Shown one piece after another: positions 1 through 9,933 of a stretch of 64,000 bases of DNA; the stretch's first letter is position 1; every line of letters begins with the position of its first letter. The stretch comes from Kiritimatiellia bacterium (GTDB lineage Bacteria; Verrucomicrobiota; Kiritimatiellia; RFP12; JAAYLN01). Location: positions 32,680-96,679 of the forward strand of contig JAZQOA010000139.1 of NCBI GenBank assembly GCA_045627605.1. The letters are read 5' to 3'. The position numbers were made by a program, and so were the translations under genes. The notes under the pieces were generated by a model. It was not told the DNA's origin. It was given only the letters and a program-made list of their open reading frames with translations, and made no database searches.

Positions 1-588
1 GGCGTCGAGTTTGTCGCGGACGGCTTCCGCGACGAGGTCGGGCGCACGGCCCGAGACGACGCCAACGGTCCGGATGGTCTCCGCGCCGAAGAGCTGCGTC
101 CGGACGGCGGGCGAAACGACGGACTTGACCTGTTCCTCGAACACCGTGCGCGGAAGCGGCGAGGGGAGTTCCCCCGCGAAGCCGATTGCCTTGCCGTGGT
201 AGTGGCCGAACGGCACTCGGTTGACAAGTCCGAGCGCGGCGCAGAGCTGCGCGTTGTTGCCGAGTTCCGGATGGGCGTCGAGCGGCAGGTGGCAGGCCCA
301 GAGCGCCATCTTGTGTTCGACGAGAAAGCTGACGAGCTTGAAGTTCGCTCCAGTCACATACTTGAGCGAGTCGCCCCAACTTAGCCCGTGATGGCAGATG
401 ACGAGGTCGGCGCCGCGCCGGGCCGCCTCCTCGAAGAACTCGAGCGAGGCGTCGACGCCTGAGCAGACCTTGGCGAAGGCGTTGCGCGAGGAGTCCACCT
501 GGAGCCCGTTGTTGGAGAAATCGTCGAAGTCCGCGATGCGGAGCTTTTCGTCGAGCGCCGCGATCAGCGCGTGTTTCTCAATTGCCAT
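1..588 (-). CDS. Nif3-like dinuclear metal center protein (YbgI / GTP cyclohydrolase 1 type 2 family), 3' end cut by window edge
   Basis: My own reverse-strand translation from the ATG at 586-588 gives MAIEKHALIAALDEKLRIADFDDFSNNGLQVDSSRNAFAKVCSGVDASLEFFEEAARRGADLVICHHGLSWGDSLK... The NGLQV and ICHHG motifs are typical of Nif3. It is absent from the ORF track because no stop lies inside the window. The ATG overlaps the cca stop (ATGGCAATTGA, 11 nt). Confidence 0.8.
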   Translation of the reverse strand, partial: MAIEKHALIAALDEKLRIADFDDFSNNGLQVDSSRNAFAKVCSGVDASLEFFEEAARRGADLVICHHGLSWGDSLKYVTGANFKLVSFLVEHKMALWACHLPLDAHPELGNNAQLCAALGLVNRVPFGHYHGKAIGFAGELPSPLPRTVFEEQVKSVVSPAVRTQLFGAETIRTVGVVSGRAPDLVAEAVRDKLDA

Positions 589-1993
589 CGTCCGTCTCCC
601 CGGATGTGTTGCCGAAATGTTCCCTGAAATACCTCGCCGCGCCTTCGCGGTCGGTGAAGGCGCCGTCAAGCTGCGCCTCGTAGCAGGTCTTCAGCCAGTC
701 GCCGAACTTCGGCGACGGGCGCAGCCCCATGGCCACGAGATCGCGTCCCTGCAGGAGGGGTTTCGGCGCGGAATCGCGAATGCTGAGCCTCTCCGCGGCG
801 TCCGCGAGCCAGCGGAGATCGGCCCCGCCGGAGGAACCGCCAGGCGGGAAGGGGGGGCGTCCTTCGTCGTCAGCCAGCGCAACGCGGATGAGCCGGTCGA
901 GGCGGATGACCTTCGCGGCGAGGCGGCGAACGGCGGCGTCGCCTGCGCCGGCCCTCCAGAGCGCGTAGGGCTGCATGTGGTGCGTGACGAGCGGCGGCAC
1001 CTCCTTGAGGAGCGCCTCCTCGTTGGTGAGCCGCCGGAGGAAGGAGAGGGTGGGGGCGAGCCCCGCCTCGTCGTGGCCGATCGAGCGGATGTGGCCGCGC
1101 TCGAACCGTGTCGTTGCGGGCTTCCCGAAGTCGTGGCAGAGGACGGCGAGGCCGACGACGAGGTCTTCGCGGCTGTCGTCGGAGCGGCACCGCGAAAAGG
1201 CGTCGAGGCTGGCGAGGGTGTGGTTCCAGACGTCGCCCTCGGGGTGCCATTGCGGATCCTGGCGGCAGCCGATGAGTGCCGTGAGCTCGGGGTAGTCCCT
1301 CGTCCACCCGGTTTCGCGGAGGAAGTTCATCCCCTTGGAAATCGCGACGCCTTTTTCAAGAAGCTTTGCCCATTCCCCGAAGAGGCGCTCGCGGGGAAGC
1401 CCTTCCGACGTCATCGTCCGGCAAACCGCGATGGTTTCGGGGGCGGGGGCGAGGTCGAACCGCGCCACGAACTGCATGCCCCTCAGGACGCGCAGGGGGT
1501 CTTCCCGGAATTTTTCCGAGACGTGGCGCAGCACCTTGGCCGCGAGGTCGCGCCGGCCCCCGAAGGGGTCGGCAATTTCATCTCCGAGCGGGTCGTAGTA
1601 GATTGCGTTGATGGTGAAGTCGCGCCGCGCGGCCGCCTCCTCGACGCTGAGCGTCGGGTCGGAGTAGATGTCGAAGCCCTTGTGCCCGGTGCCGTGCTTT
1701 GACTCGCGGCGCGGGAGCGCGATGTCGATGTCGAGATGGCGGAGCTTGACGACGCCGAACGACTCGCCCACGAGATCGAGCTCGAATTCCCGCGAAAGGA
1801 CTTCGCGGAGCCTGTCCGGGGCGAGTCCGAAGACCTCGATGTCGACGTCTTTTGCCACGGCGCCGCAAAGGAGGTCGCGGACGGCTCCGCCGACAAGAAA
1901 GGCGCGTCCGCCTGCGTCGCGGACAAGTCTGGCGACATCTTGCGTCGCCTTGCGGATGGGTTCCGCGACTTTTGAAAGGTCGAGACTGGGCAC
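578..1993 (-). CDS. cca: CCA-adding tRNA nucleotidyltransferase / poly(A) polymerase family protein with HD domain
   Basis: From ORF 578..2194(-). It has the GGAVRDLL...DVDIEV nucleotidyltransferase motif and an LCHDFGKP HD motif. The long ORF overlaps ung, so I place the start at GTG 1991-1993 (VPSLDLSKVAEP...), 10 nt after the ung stop. Confidence 0.8.
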   Translation of the reverse strand: MPSLDLSKVAEPIRKATQDVARLVRDAGGRAFLVGGAVRDLLCGAVAKDVDIEVFGLAPDRLREVLSREFELDLVGESFGVVKLRHLDIDIALPRRESKHGTGHKGFDIYSDPTLSVEEAAARRDFTINAIYYDPLGDEIADPFGGRRDLAAKVLRHVSEKFREDPLRVLRGMQFVARFDLAPAPETIAVCRTMTSEGLPRERLFGEWAKLLEKGVAISKGMNFLRETGWTRDYPELTALIGCRQDPQWHPEGDVWNHTLASLDAFSRCRSDDSREDLVVGLAVLCHDFGKPATTRFERGHIRSIGHDEAGLAPTLSFLRRLTNEEALLKEVPPLVTHHMQPYALWRAGAGDAAVRRLAAKVIRLDRLIRVALADDEGRPPFPPGGSSGGADLRWLADAAERLSIRDSAPKPLLQGRDLVAMGLRPSPKFGDWLKTCYEAQLDGAFTDREGAARYFREHFGNTSGETDDGN

Positions 1994-2003
1994 CCTGCGA
2001 CTC

Positions 2004-2669
2004 CTACCAGTTGATCGGGGCGAGGCCGTGTTCCGCGAGGTACTGGTTCGCCTTGGCGAAGTGTCCGCACCCGAAGAAGCCGCGGAACGCCGAGAGGGGC
2101 GAGGGGTGGGCCGATTCAAGGACGAGGTGCCGTGCGCGGTCGATGAAGGCGCCTTTTCGCTGCGCGTAGCTGCCCCAGAGCATGAAGACGACATGTTCGC
2201 GCTTTTCTGCGATGACGCGCACGACGGCGTCGGTGAAGGTCTCCCAGCCCTTGCCCTGGTGGCTTCCGGCGACGCCCGCCTGAACGGTGAGCGTGGCGTT
2301 CAGCAGCATGACGCCTTGGTCCGCCCAGTGCGAGAGGTCGCCGTTGCGGTTTGCGTACGAGAGGTGAAATTCGTCGCCGAGCTCCTTGTAGATGTTGACC
2401 AGCGAAGGCGGAATCGCAACGCCGTCCTGCACCGAGAAGCAGAGACCGTGGGCTTGTTTCGGTCCGTGGTAGGGGTCCTGCCCGAGGATGACGACCTTGA
2501 CCTTGTCGAGCGGCGTGCGGTTAAACGCCTCGAAGATGAATTTCCCCGGCGGGTACACCGTGCCGCGGCTGTAGGCGTCGCGCACGAATGCGGCGAGCTT
2601 GGCGAAGTAGGGGCTGTCGAACTCCCCTTGCAATTCGCGTTGCCACGATTGCTCTATCCTGACGTTCAT
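2004..2669 (-). CDS. ung: uracil-DNA glycosylase (family 1)
   Basis: 221 aa with GQDPYHGPKQAHGLCFSV and HPSPLSA motifs and Ung-like length. Confidence 0.95.
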   Translation of the reverse strand: MNVRIEQSWQRELQGEFDSPYFAKLAAFVRDAYSRGTVYPPGKFIFEAFNRTPLDKVKVVILGQDPYHGPKQAHGLCFSVQDGVAIPPSLVNIYKELGDEFHLSYANRNGDLSHWADQGVMLLNATLTVQAGVAGSHQGKGWETFTDAVVRVIAEKREHVVFMLWGSYAQRKGAFIDRARHLVLESAHPSPLSAFRGFFGCGHFAKANQYLAEHGLAPINW

Positions 2670-2696
2670 CGCGTTCCCTGCCGCAAGGCAGCTCCC

Positions 2697-4187
2697 TTAG
2701 CAGTCGTGGTAGAACGGGCCGTGGATTTGGTACGGGTAGGTGCCGAAGTCCTCGAATTCGGAGATGCCCATGTCGTGGTTGACGTCGCGGACGTGGGCGT
2801 TGAAGGCCGGGTGCGCCACGGCGTTCGGGTCGTTGGGGGCCTCCGAGCGCGTGTTCCACGAGGCCCACGCGGCGATGGCGTATTCCTCGTACATGTGGTG
2901 GCCGCGCTTGTAGTGCCAGGTGGTTTCGAGCATGCCCCAGGCCTTGTGCTTGAGGATGCCCTTTCCGAAGGCCAGTGTGTTGGGGACGTTGAACCAGGGG
3001 CAGCCAAGTGTGTCGAAGCCCTTGTCGACGAAGTGGCGCAACGTGGCCCACGAGGGCTCGCCGCTTTCCAGGTCCTTCTGCGAGAGCGAGTAGCGCCAGT
3101 CGCAGATGACAAAATCCTTCGGGAGGGCGTCGAGGATGGCGACGGTGGCGTCGGAACCGTTGGCCACGTAGCCTGTCCAGCGCGGGTCGCCGCGCCTGAC
3201 GAACATGTCGTGCCACACCATCGGGCGCGCGCCGTGCTTCTTGAGGAACTCGCCGAAGTGCAGGAGGTGGTCCCTGAGGAGCTCCGCGTAGTCGGCGCGG
3301 CGGCAGAGCGCGCAGGTGCCGGCGCCGTCGGCCTCGTCGCAGCCGAGGTGGAAGAAAGGCGGGTTGCCGAAGATGCCGAGGAGTTCGCCCACGAGGTCTT
3401 CGAGGAAGGTGCGCGTCGCGGGGTTGCTGAGGCACCAGCACCAGCCATCGGGCTCGAAGAGCGGCGCGAACTCGGGGTGGAGGTCGAGCAGGACGTGCTT
3501 GCCGGTCACGCTGCGCGAGGCCGAGGCGTGGCCGAAGATGTTGAGCTGCGGGATCGGCGTCAGGCCCAGTTCGCGGGCAAGCCGGACGATCCGGCGCAGT
3601 TCCCCCGTGGTGATCGAGTGGCCCGGCCAGGAGAACTCGGGGTGCGACTCGAAGCGCAGCGAGCCCCAGGTCTCGATGACCACGTAGTTGTACTTGTAGT
3701 AGGCGGCGAGGCGCACCTGCCGCTCAAGCTCGGCGTAAGTCGACTCCGGCGGGGGGAAGAAGCAGACGTGCATGCCGCGGAAGGCCATGTCGGGCGCATC
3801 GTCGATTTCCACGGCGGCGAGGATGAAGGAGGCGGTTTTGCCAACGCCGCGCTCCGACTCCGCCAGCTGGCGGAGCGTGAAGAGGGCGTAGCGGACGCCG
3901 CGGAGCGTTTTCGCCGCGATCGAGGTCTTGGCAGCGCCGACGCGGATTGAATAGCCCTCGTCGTTTTCCGGGACTTTTTTCAGCTCGGCCTTGGCGACCT
4001 TGGCTTCGACTTTCCAGAAGTCGCGCGCCATTTTCGCGACCAACTCGGCGGCCCCCTCCTCGGGGCACGCCACCTCGAACTTGCACTTGTCCGCGATCTT
4101 GAAAAACTTGTCGGACTTGATTTTCAGCGACTTGACGGGCGGCATCAGGCGCCCTGCGAGGACGGCTTCCTCAATCTTAGCGTTCAT
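2697..4187 (-). CDS. GH20-like glycoside hydrolase (divergent beta-N-acetylhexosaminidase family)
   Basis: From ORF 2697..4295(-). I place the start at ATG 4185-4187 (MNAKIEE) behind an AAAGGAG RBS. It shows DDAPDMAFRGMH, NIFGHASA and FFHLGCDEAD (D-E pair) in a TIM-barrel-like context. It lacks the canonical LDxSRH motif, so I call it only GH20-like. Confidence 0.55.
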   Translation of the reverse strand: MNAKIEEAVLAGRLMPPVKSLKIKSDKFFKIADKCKFEVACPEEGAAELVAKMARDFWKVEAKVAKAELKKVPENDEGYSIRVGAAKTSIAAKTLRGVRYALFTLRQLAESERGVGKTASFILAAVEIDDAPDMAFRGMHVCFFPPPESTYAELERQVRLAAYYKYNYVVIETWGSLRFESHPEFSWPGHSITTGELRRIVRLARELGLTPIPQLNIFGHASASRSVTGKHVLLDLHPEFAPLFEPDGWCWCLSNPATRTFLEDLVGELLGIFGNPPFFHLGCDEADGAGTCALCRRADYAELLRDHLLHFGEFLKKHGARPMVWHDMFVRRGDPRWTGYVANGSDATVAILDALPKDFVICDWRYSLSQKDLESGEPSWATLRHFVDKGFDTLGCPWFNVPNTLAFGKGILKHKAWGMLETTWHYKRGHHMYEEYAIAAWASWNTRSEAPNDPNAVAHPAFNAHVRDVNHDMGISEFEDFGTYPYQIHGPFYHDC

Positions 4188-4333
4188 AAAAGCTCCTTTG
4201 GGTGTTCGTTGTATTATAGCACAAAAGACGCGCCCTGTTCGTCCCCCCGTTCGGTGACGGGCGGGAACGGGCGGCGGGCAAGTGCCGGATTGCATTTTGT
4301 GCTATAATTTTTAGCCACTTGAAAGGAGTCTTT

Positions 4334-5158
4334 ATGAACAGCGCTCAACGAAGCGAATGCAAGGCGCTCGCGAAGAAAATTCGCCTGCACTGCCTGCAAA
4401 TGGTTTGGAATGGCAAGAGCGGCCACATCGGCAGCATGCTTTCGACGGCGGACATCTACCCCGTCCTCTACAAGCACATTCTCAAGGTTGACCCGGCGAA
4501 CCCGAAGATGGAGGACCGCGACCGGTTCCTGCTCAGCAAGGGTCATGGCGGCGCGGCGCTTCTCGCCTGCCTTGCCGAGGAGGGATTCTTCCCGCTCGAC
4601 TGGCTGGACCGCTACTACTGCGACGACGGCAAGCTCTCCGGGCACATCTCCCACCACATTCCCGGCGTCGAGTTCTCGTCGGGTTCGCTGGGCCATGGCC
4701 TGCCTGTCGCCTGCGGCATGGCGATGTCCGCGAAGCAGGCCGGCAAGGCGCACCGCATCTTCGTGATGTCTTCCGACGGCGACCTCAACGAGGGGTCGTC
4801 CTGGGAGGCGATCATGCTCGCCGGCCAGCACCACTGGGACAACCTCGTCATGCTCGTCGACTACAACCGCCTCCAGGCGCTGGGCTGCTCGCAGGACATC
4901 GTGAACCTCGAGCCGCTTTGCCCGAAGCTGGAGATGTTTGGTTGGCGCGCCGCGGAGTGCGACGGGCACGACCCCGACGCAATCGAGGCGGCCCTCAAGG
5001 CGCTCCCGCTGGAGAAGGGCAAGCCTTCAGCCATCATTTTCCGCACCGTCAAGGGCAAGGGCGTCAGCTTCATGGAGAACAACTACAAGTGGCACTACGG
5101 GGGCCTCACCGAAGAACTCCTCGCCCAGGCCAAGAAGGAAGTGGAGGCGATGGAATAA
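4334..5158 (+). CDS. transketolase, N-terminal (TPP-binding) subunit
   Basis: ATG at 4334 follows a GAAAGGAG RBS. The sequence contains GHIGSMLSTADIYPVLY...DRFLLSKGHGG...SSDGDLNEGSSWEA, typical of the split transketolase N-terminal half. Confidence 0.9.
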   Translation: MNSAQRSECKALAKKIRLHCLQMVWNGKSGHIGSMLSTADIYPVLYKHILKVDPANPKMEDRDRFLLSKGHGGAALLACLAEEGFFPLDWLDRYYCDDGKLSGHISHHIPGVEFSSGSLGHGLPVACGMAMSAKQAGKAHRIFVMSSDGDLNEGSSWEAIMLAGQHHWDNLVMLVDYNRLQALGCSQDIVNLEPLCPKLEMFGWRAAECDGHDPDAIEAALKALPLEKGKPSAIIFRTVKGKGVSFMENNYKWHYGGLTEELLAQAKKEVEAME

Positions 5159-5159
5159 A

Positions 5160-6083
5160 ATGAGAAAGGCTTTCAACCAGGAGCTCCTGAAGATCGCGGA
5201 GAAGGATCCCCGCGTGTTCATGATTCTCGCGGACATCGGCTACGGCGAAATCGAGCCCTTCGCCAACAAGTTCCCCGACCGCTTCATCAACTGCGGCGTC
5301 GCCGAGCAGAACATGACGGGCGTCGCCTGCGGCGTGGCGATGGAGGGAAACACCGCGATCACCTATTCGATCGCCAACTTCCCGACGCTCCGCTGCCTTG
5401 AGCAGGTCCGCAACGACGTCTGCTACCACGACGCCAACGTCAAGATCGTCATCATCGGCGGCGGCATGGCCTACGGCGAACTCGGCGTCTCGCACCACTC
5501 CACCGAGGACATCGCCATTATGCGCGCGTTGCCCAACATGGTGGTGCTCTGCCCGTGCGACATTCCCGAGGCCCGTGCGGCGACGCACGCGATGATGGCC
5601 TACAAGGGGCCCGTCTATTTCCGCTGCGGCTACAAAAACGAGCCGGACATCAACCCCGGCCCCGTCACGGACTTCAGGATTGGCGGCAGCACGCGCCTCC
5701 GCGAGGGCAAGGCCGCCACCGTGATGTTCGCGGGGACCATCGGCTACAACGCCAAGCTCGCGGTCGAGCAATTGGCCGGGGAGGGCATCGAGTGCCGCCT
5801 TGTCAGCCTCTATTCCGTGAAGCCGATCGACAAGGCGCAGATTGTCGCGGCCGCAAAAGAAACCGGCGGCATCGTCGTCATCGAGGAGCACAACGTCTCC
5901 GGCGGCGTCGGCAGCGCCGTGGCCGAGGTCCTGGCGGACGAAGGCTGCCTGGGCGTACCGTTCAGGCGGCTCGCCATCCCCGACACCTACATCACCAAGA
6001 TCGGCACGCAGGGGTGGCTTTGCGACCAGTATGGCATCGGCGTCAAGGACGTTGTCGCCGCCGTCAAGTCCATCGTCCGGTAG
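5160..6083 (+). CDS. transketolase, C-terminal (pyrimidine-binding) subunit
   Basis: ATG at 5160 lies 1 nt after the upstream stop. The product reads MRKAFNQELLKIAEKDPRVFMILADIGYGE...INCGVAEQNMTGVA. The longer track ORF (4938) is an out-of-context extension overlapping the preceding gene. Confidence 0.9.
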   Translation: MRKAFNQELLKIAEKDPRVFMILADIGYGEIEPFANKFPDRFINCGVAEQNMTGVACGVAMEGNTAITYSIANFPTLRCLEQVRNDVCYHDANVKIVIIGGGMAYGELGVSHHSTEDIAIMRALPNMVVLCPCDIPEARAATHAMMAYKGPVYFRCGYKNEPDINPGPVTDFRIGGSTRLREGKAATVMFAGTIGYNAKLAVEQLAGEGIECRLVSLYSVKPIDKAQIVAAAKETGGIVVIEEHNVSGGVGSAVAEVLADEGCLGVPFRRLAIPDTYITKIGTQGWLCDQYGIGVKDVVAAVKSIVR

Positions 6084-6165
6084 TTTTTGAATGGCGCGGT
6101 GCGTTGACCCGGCGTTGCCTTGCCGGTGCAACTGCCCGCGCCGTTGCTTTTGCAAGGTTGAAAAA

Positions 6166-7074
6166 ATGTCGAATATCCGTTGCACGCATTTCTACGACTG
6201 GCCGTCCGTGAACGAGCACTCGTTCGAGAGCGTCCTCAACGAGTTCAAGGAGAACGGCGTCGATACGCTCACGTTCGCCACTTATTTCACCAACTACGTT
6301 TACGGCGACCCGAACAAGGCCGTCCGCCTGAGGAAGCTCCTCGACAAGACGGGTGTCTCCATGCCCGACGCCCATGGCCTTTGGGGCGGGCTGTGGGATC
6401 TTTGCGCCGCCGACACCTTCATGCGCAAGTACCTGGCCGAAGGCCACAAGCTCAGCATGTCGATTCTCGCGGATTTCGGCGTCAAGACCTACACGGTGCA
6501 CATCGGCGCCGCCGAATGCGTGGAAAACGGCGGACGCTACACGCCGGAAATGCATGCCCGCGCGTTGGCCACGCTTGAGGCGATCTTGCCGACGGCCGAG
6601 AAACTTGGCATGGTCGTGTGCGTGGAGAACGCCTTCGAACCCGCCAACACGCCCGCCATCGTCGAAAGCTGCATTTTGCCGTTCGGGGATTCGCCCGCGA
6701 TCGGGTGCTGCCTCGACGTCGGCCATGTCAACGTGATGAACGCCGAGATTCCGCGGCCCGACGAAAAGATGGCGGAAAGCTGGCTCAACGTCCACATGTG
6801 GGGCAACCGCATGCGCGAGAACATGCTTCCCGTGGGGGAGGCCATCCGCAAGCTGGCGCCTTATATCGTCACGACCCACGTCCACGACAACGACGGCTGG
6901 AACGACCAGCACCTTTGCCCGGGGCTGGGCGTTTGCGACTTCGACCTCGTTTTCGCGGAACTTGCCAAGTGCCCGCGTCTGCAGTCCGTGCAGAACGAGT
7001 CCTGCTTCCATGCCGGCGGAACTTCCATCGCCCAGGCGTGCCGGGTCTTCAAAAAACTGATGGAAAAGCTCTGA
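6166..7074 (+). CDS. sugar phosphate isomerase/epimerase (xylose isomerase-like TIM barrel)
   Basis: From ORF 6091..7074. I place the start at ATG 6166 (MSNIRCTHFYDW). VHIGAAE, VCVENAFEP, LDVGHVN and HVHDNDG are metal-ligand-type motifs of the AP endonuclease 2/xylose isomerase-like fold. Confidence 0.75.
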   Translation: MSNIRCTHFYDWPSVNEHSFESVLNEFKENGVDTLTFATYFTNYVYGDPNKAVRLRKLLDKTGVSMPDAHGLWGGLWDLCAADTFMRKYLAEGHKLSMSILADFGVKTYTVHIGAAECVENGGRYTPEMHARALATLEAILPTAEKLGMVVCVENAFEPANTPAIVESCILPFGDSPAIGCCLDVGHVNVMNAEIPRPDEKMAESWLNVHMWGNRMRENMLPVGEAIRKLAPYIVTTHVHDNDGWNDQHLCPGLGVCDFDLVFAELAKCPRLQSVQNESCFHAGGTSIAQACRVFKKLMEKL

Positions 7075-7195
7075 AAGCCAAACCATGGCGCAGGCTCGTT
7101 GACCTGCCCCGGCGCGTGAGCGTCACCTTCGAGGCGCGAAGGTGAAGGGTCGCTTGTCGAAATGCCACGCTTGGGCGCGTTCCCGGTGTAATCGA

Positions 7196-8212
7196 ATGGC
7201 GAAGGCAGATACCAAGGTAAACATCCCAGGCAGGTTTGCCGCGCTTTGCGTGGGGACGTGCATTGTGATTGCCGCGGCTGTCACGCTGTCGCCCCGCCGC
7301 CACAATGGCGGCGCGAATGCCGGGCGGGAAGAGTGGCGATGGCTTTCAATGGGAACTGTCGCCGAGTTCTCCACGGAGGCTGCTGGCGCCGCGGGCGAAG
7401 CCGAGCGAAGCATCGTCGCGGCCGCCTTTGACGAAGTCGAGCGCACCTTGAGCGTATTCAATCCCGACAGCGTTTTGTCACGGCTGAATGCGGGCGGCGA
7501 AATCGAATTGCCCTTGATTGACGATCCCTGCGCCTGCGACATCCTCAAGGTCATTTCATTTGCCCTTGAAACAGCCCGGGCGACGGATGGCGCGTTTGAC
7601 CCGACGGTGAATCCGCTGATGCGTCTCTGGGGATTCCGCAAGGGCGTGGAAAATGCAGAGGCGCCTTCCGAGGCGTCCATATCCAACGTGCTGGCAACCG
7701 TTGGCTACCGGCATGTCGGCATCACGACCAACGGGGAGGGCCGCGCGACCGTCAAGTTCGACAAGCCCGGCGTCGAGCTGGATCTCGGCGGCATCGCCAA
7801 GGGGTATGCCGTGGACCTGGCATATGAACGGCTCGTCAAAGCGGGCGCCGCGAACTTCCTCGTCAATTTCGGCGGCAACATCCGCGTTCACGGAAAGCCC
7901 GTGAACGGCGGGGACGTTTGGCGGATGGCAATCCGCGATCCCGCCAATCCCGGAAGGACGACGGGGGACGTGCTTGAGCTAGCGGGCGGCGAGGCCGTCG
8001 CCACATCCGGCAGTTACGAGCGGTATGTCGAAATCGAAGGGTGCCGCTACTCGCACATCCTCGATCCCCGCACGGGGCATCCGGTCGGGCGGGGCGGGTC
8101 GGTTTCCGTGGTAGCGCCGACGGCCATGGCGGCGGACGCCTTTTCGACCGCGTACTTTGTCGCGGGGGAGTCACAGGGTAATGCCGCGATGACCGTGAAA
8201 GTGGTAGAATAG
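7196..8212 (+). CDS. apbE: FAD:protein FMN transferase (ApbE family), N-terminal membrane anchor
   Basis: Motifs FDPTVNPLMRLWGF, LDLGGIAKGYAVD, ATSGSYERY and YSHILDPRTGHP. The start is uncertain: ATG 7196 or GTG 7142. Confidence 0.85.
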   Translation: MAKADTKVNIPGRFAALCVGTCIVIAAAVTLSPRRHNGGANAGREEWRWLSMGTVAEFSTEAAGAAGEAERSIVAAAFDEVERTLSVFNPDSVLSRLNAGGEIELPLIDDPCACDILKVISFALETARATDGAFDPTVNPLMRLWGFRKGVENAEAPSEASISNVLATVGYRHVGITTNGEGRATVKFDKPGVELDLGGIAKGYAVDLAYERLVKAGAANFLVNFGGNIRVHGKPVNGGDVWRMAIRDPANPGRTTGDVLELAGGEAVATSGSYERYVEIEGCRYSHILDPRTGHPVGRGGSVSVVAPTAMAADAFSTAYFVAGESQGNAAMTVKVVE

Positions 8213-8233
8213 GAAGAGAAGCAAGGAGTCTGC

Positions 8234-9913
8234 ATGAATTCGTTCCCCAATTATCCGTTGCGTGAAGTGACCGATCTTGATGGCGTATGGGATTTCCATT
8301 TCATCCCCGAGGAGCAAGCCCCGGCGCTTGAAGCCTTTTCCCCTTCGGGCGTTGTCTTCGACTCGCTGGAGACGGTCCCCGGCGTTTTCGACGCCACGCA
8401 ACCGCTGGCCGGACTTCGTGGCATCGGCGTTTACCGCCGCCTGTTTTCGCTTGCCCGCGGCGGACGCCATGTCTTCACCTGCGGGGGCTTTATGCTGGCG
8501 GCCCGCGTCTTTGTCGACGGTGTTGAAATTGGCCGCACCGACCTCCCGTATTCAAAGGTCCGGTTTGAGTTCGCCGCGGAGGCCGGGGCGCATGAAATCG
8601 TGGCGGCCTGCGACAATCGTTTCGCCTCCACGCCGATGTGGCTCTATTACTACGACTTCTACGCCTACGGCGGTATCATCAGGCACGCCGACATCATGGA
8701 CGTGCCTGCGGACGCGGTATTGCGGGCCGCGGTATTCACGCTGTCGCTCGAAGGCGACATCCGCATCGACGTCTCCTTTGACGCGGCCGTCCGCGACGGG
8801 ACGAGGAAACTTACCGTCGCCTTCGACGGCGGGGAGGCGCGCGAAGTCAAGGCGCAGATCGCCGGGGGGCGCGCCTCGCTGAAGCTGCGCGTACCAAACC
8901 CGACGCTTTGGTCGCCGGAATCGCCCAGCTTGCATACCGTGACCGTCTCGACCGGGGCCGACGCCGTGACCGAAAGGTTCGGCCTGCGCATAGTCGAGTC
9001 CAAAGACGCCAAAATCCTTGTCAACGGCAAGCCCATCCGGCTATGGGGGTTCAACCGCCACGAGTCCGACCCCGACCTTGGCCCCGCGCTGGGCCCGCAG
9101 CAGCACCTCCAGGACCTCAAGCTCCTCAAGGAGATGAACGGCAACTTCATCCGCGGCTGCCACTACCCGCAGAACCAGGGCTTCCTCGATCTCTGCGACC
9201 AGATGGGCGTCTTCGTGTGGGAGGAGTCGCTTGGATGGGGCAACCAGGAGAAGCAGCTCGCGGACAGGACGTTCTTCGACCACCAGGTCGAGGCGACCCG
9301 CATGATGGTGCGCGAAAGCATCAACCACCCGTCCGTCATCCTCTGGGGCTTCCTCAACGAGGGGGCGTCGGACTTCCCCCAGGCGCGGCCGCTCTACAAG
9401 AAGCTCGCCGAAACCATCCGCCGCGAAGATTCCTCGCGGCTCGTCACCTACGCCTGCAACAGGTATGAGCGCGACATCTGCTTCGAATTCGCCGACGTGA
9501 TGTCGATCAACGCCTATCCCGCCTGGTATTCGCAAAGCGAGAAGCCGAAGGACTTCGCGAACATCGAACCCTACGTCAAGCGCTTCGCCGCCCTGGCTGA
9601 TCTCCCGGAAAACCGGCACATGCCCCTCATCATGAGCGAGATCGGCGGCGGCGCCCTCTACGGGTGCCACGACAGGGTCGGCTCGCAGTGGAGCGAGGAA
9701 TACCAGGCCGAGCTTATCGGGCGTGTCGCGGACGCCATCATCGCCAACGAACGCTACACGGGCGTCGCCTTCTGGCACTTCGCCGACGCCCGCACGTATG
9801 TTTCGAGCATCTACCGTCCGCGAGGCTTCAACAACAAGGGCGTGCTCGACGAGTACCGCCGCCCCAAGATGGCCTTCGACGTCGTCCGCGAGAAATTCGG
9901 CGCGGCGAAATAG
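8234..9913 (+). CDS. glycoside hydrolase family 2 (beta-glucuronidase/beta-galactosidase-like)
   Basis: AAGGAG RBS before ATG 8234. It shows WGFNRHE, FIRGCHYPQNQ, NHPSVILWGFLNE (acid/base NE) and IMSEIGGG (nucleophile context). Confidence 0.85.
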   Translation: MNSFPNYPLREVTDLDGVWDFHFIPEEQAPALEAFSPSGVVFDSLETVPGVFDATQPLAGLRGIGVYRRLFSLARGGRHVFTCGGFMLAARVFVDGVEIGRTDLPYSKVRFEFAAEAGAHEIVAACDNRFASTPMWLYYYDFYAYGGIIRHADIMDVPADAVLRAAVFTLSLEGDIRIDVSFDAAVRDGTRKLTVAFDGGEAREVKAQIAGGRASLKLRVPNPTLWSPESPSLHTVTVSTGADAVTERFGLRIVESKDAKILVNGKPIRLWGFNRHESDPDLGPALGPQQHLQDLKLLKEMNGNFIRGCHYPQNQGFLDLCDQMGVFVWEESLGWGNQEKQLADRTFFDHQVEATRMMVRESINHPSVILWGFLNEGASDFPQARPLYKKLAETIRREDSSRLVTYACNRYERDICFEFADVMSINAYPAWYSQSEKPKDFANIEPYVKRFAALADLPENRHMPLIMSEIGGGALYGCHDRVGSQWSEEYQAELIGRVADAIIANERYTGVAFWHFADARTYVSSIYRPRGFNNKGVLDEYRRPKMAFDVVREKFGAAK

Positions 9914-9933
9914 CACCCTGGTTCATTTCCGAC

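Noticed and set aside
398-3950. Long + strand ORFs (398..1702, 1668..3950) across cca, ung and the GH20-like gene
   Set aside because: They are Arg/Ala/Gly/Pro/Val-rich with no motifs. They lie antisense to genes with clear family signatures, the classic high-GC shadow ORF pattern.
5106-7086. Minus-strand ORFs 5106..6185 and 6064..7086
   Set aside because: They are antisense to the transketolase C-terminal subunit and the sugar-phosphate isomerase, both with clear motifs. I read them as shadow ORFs.
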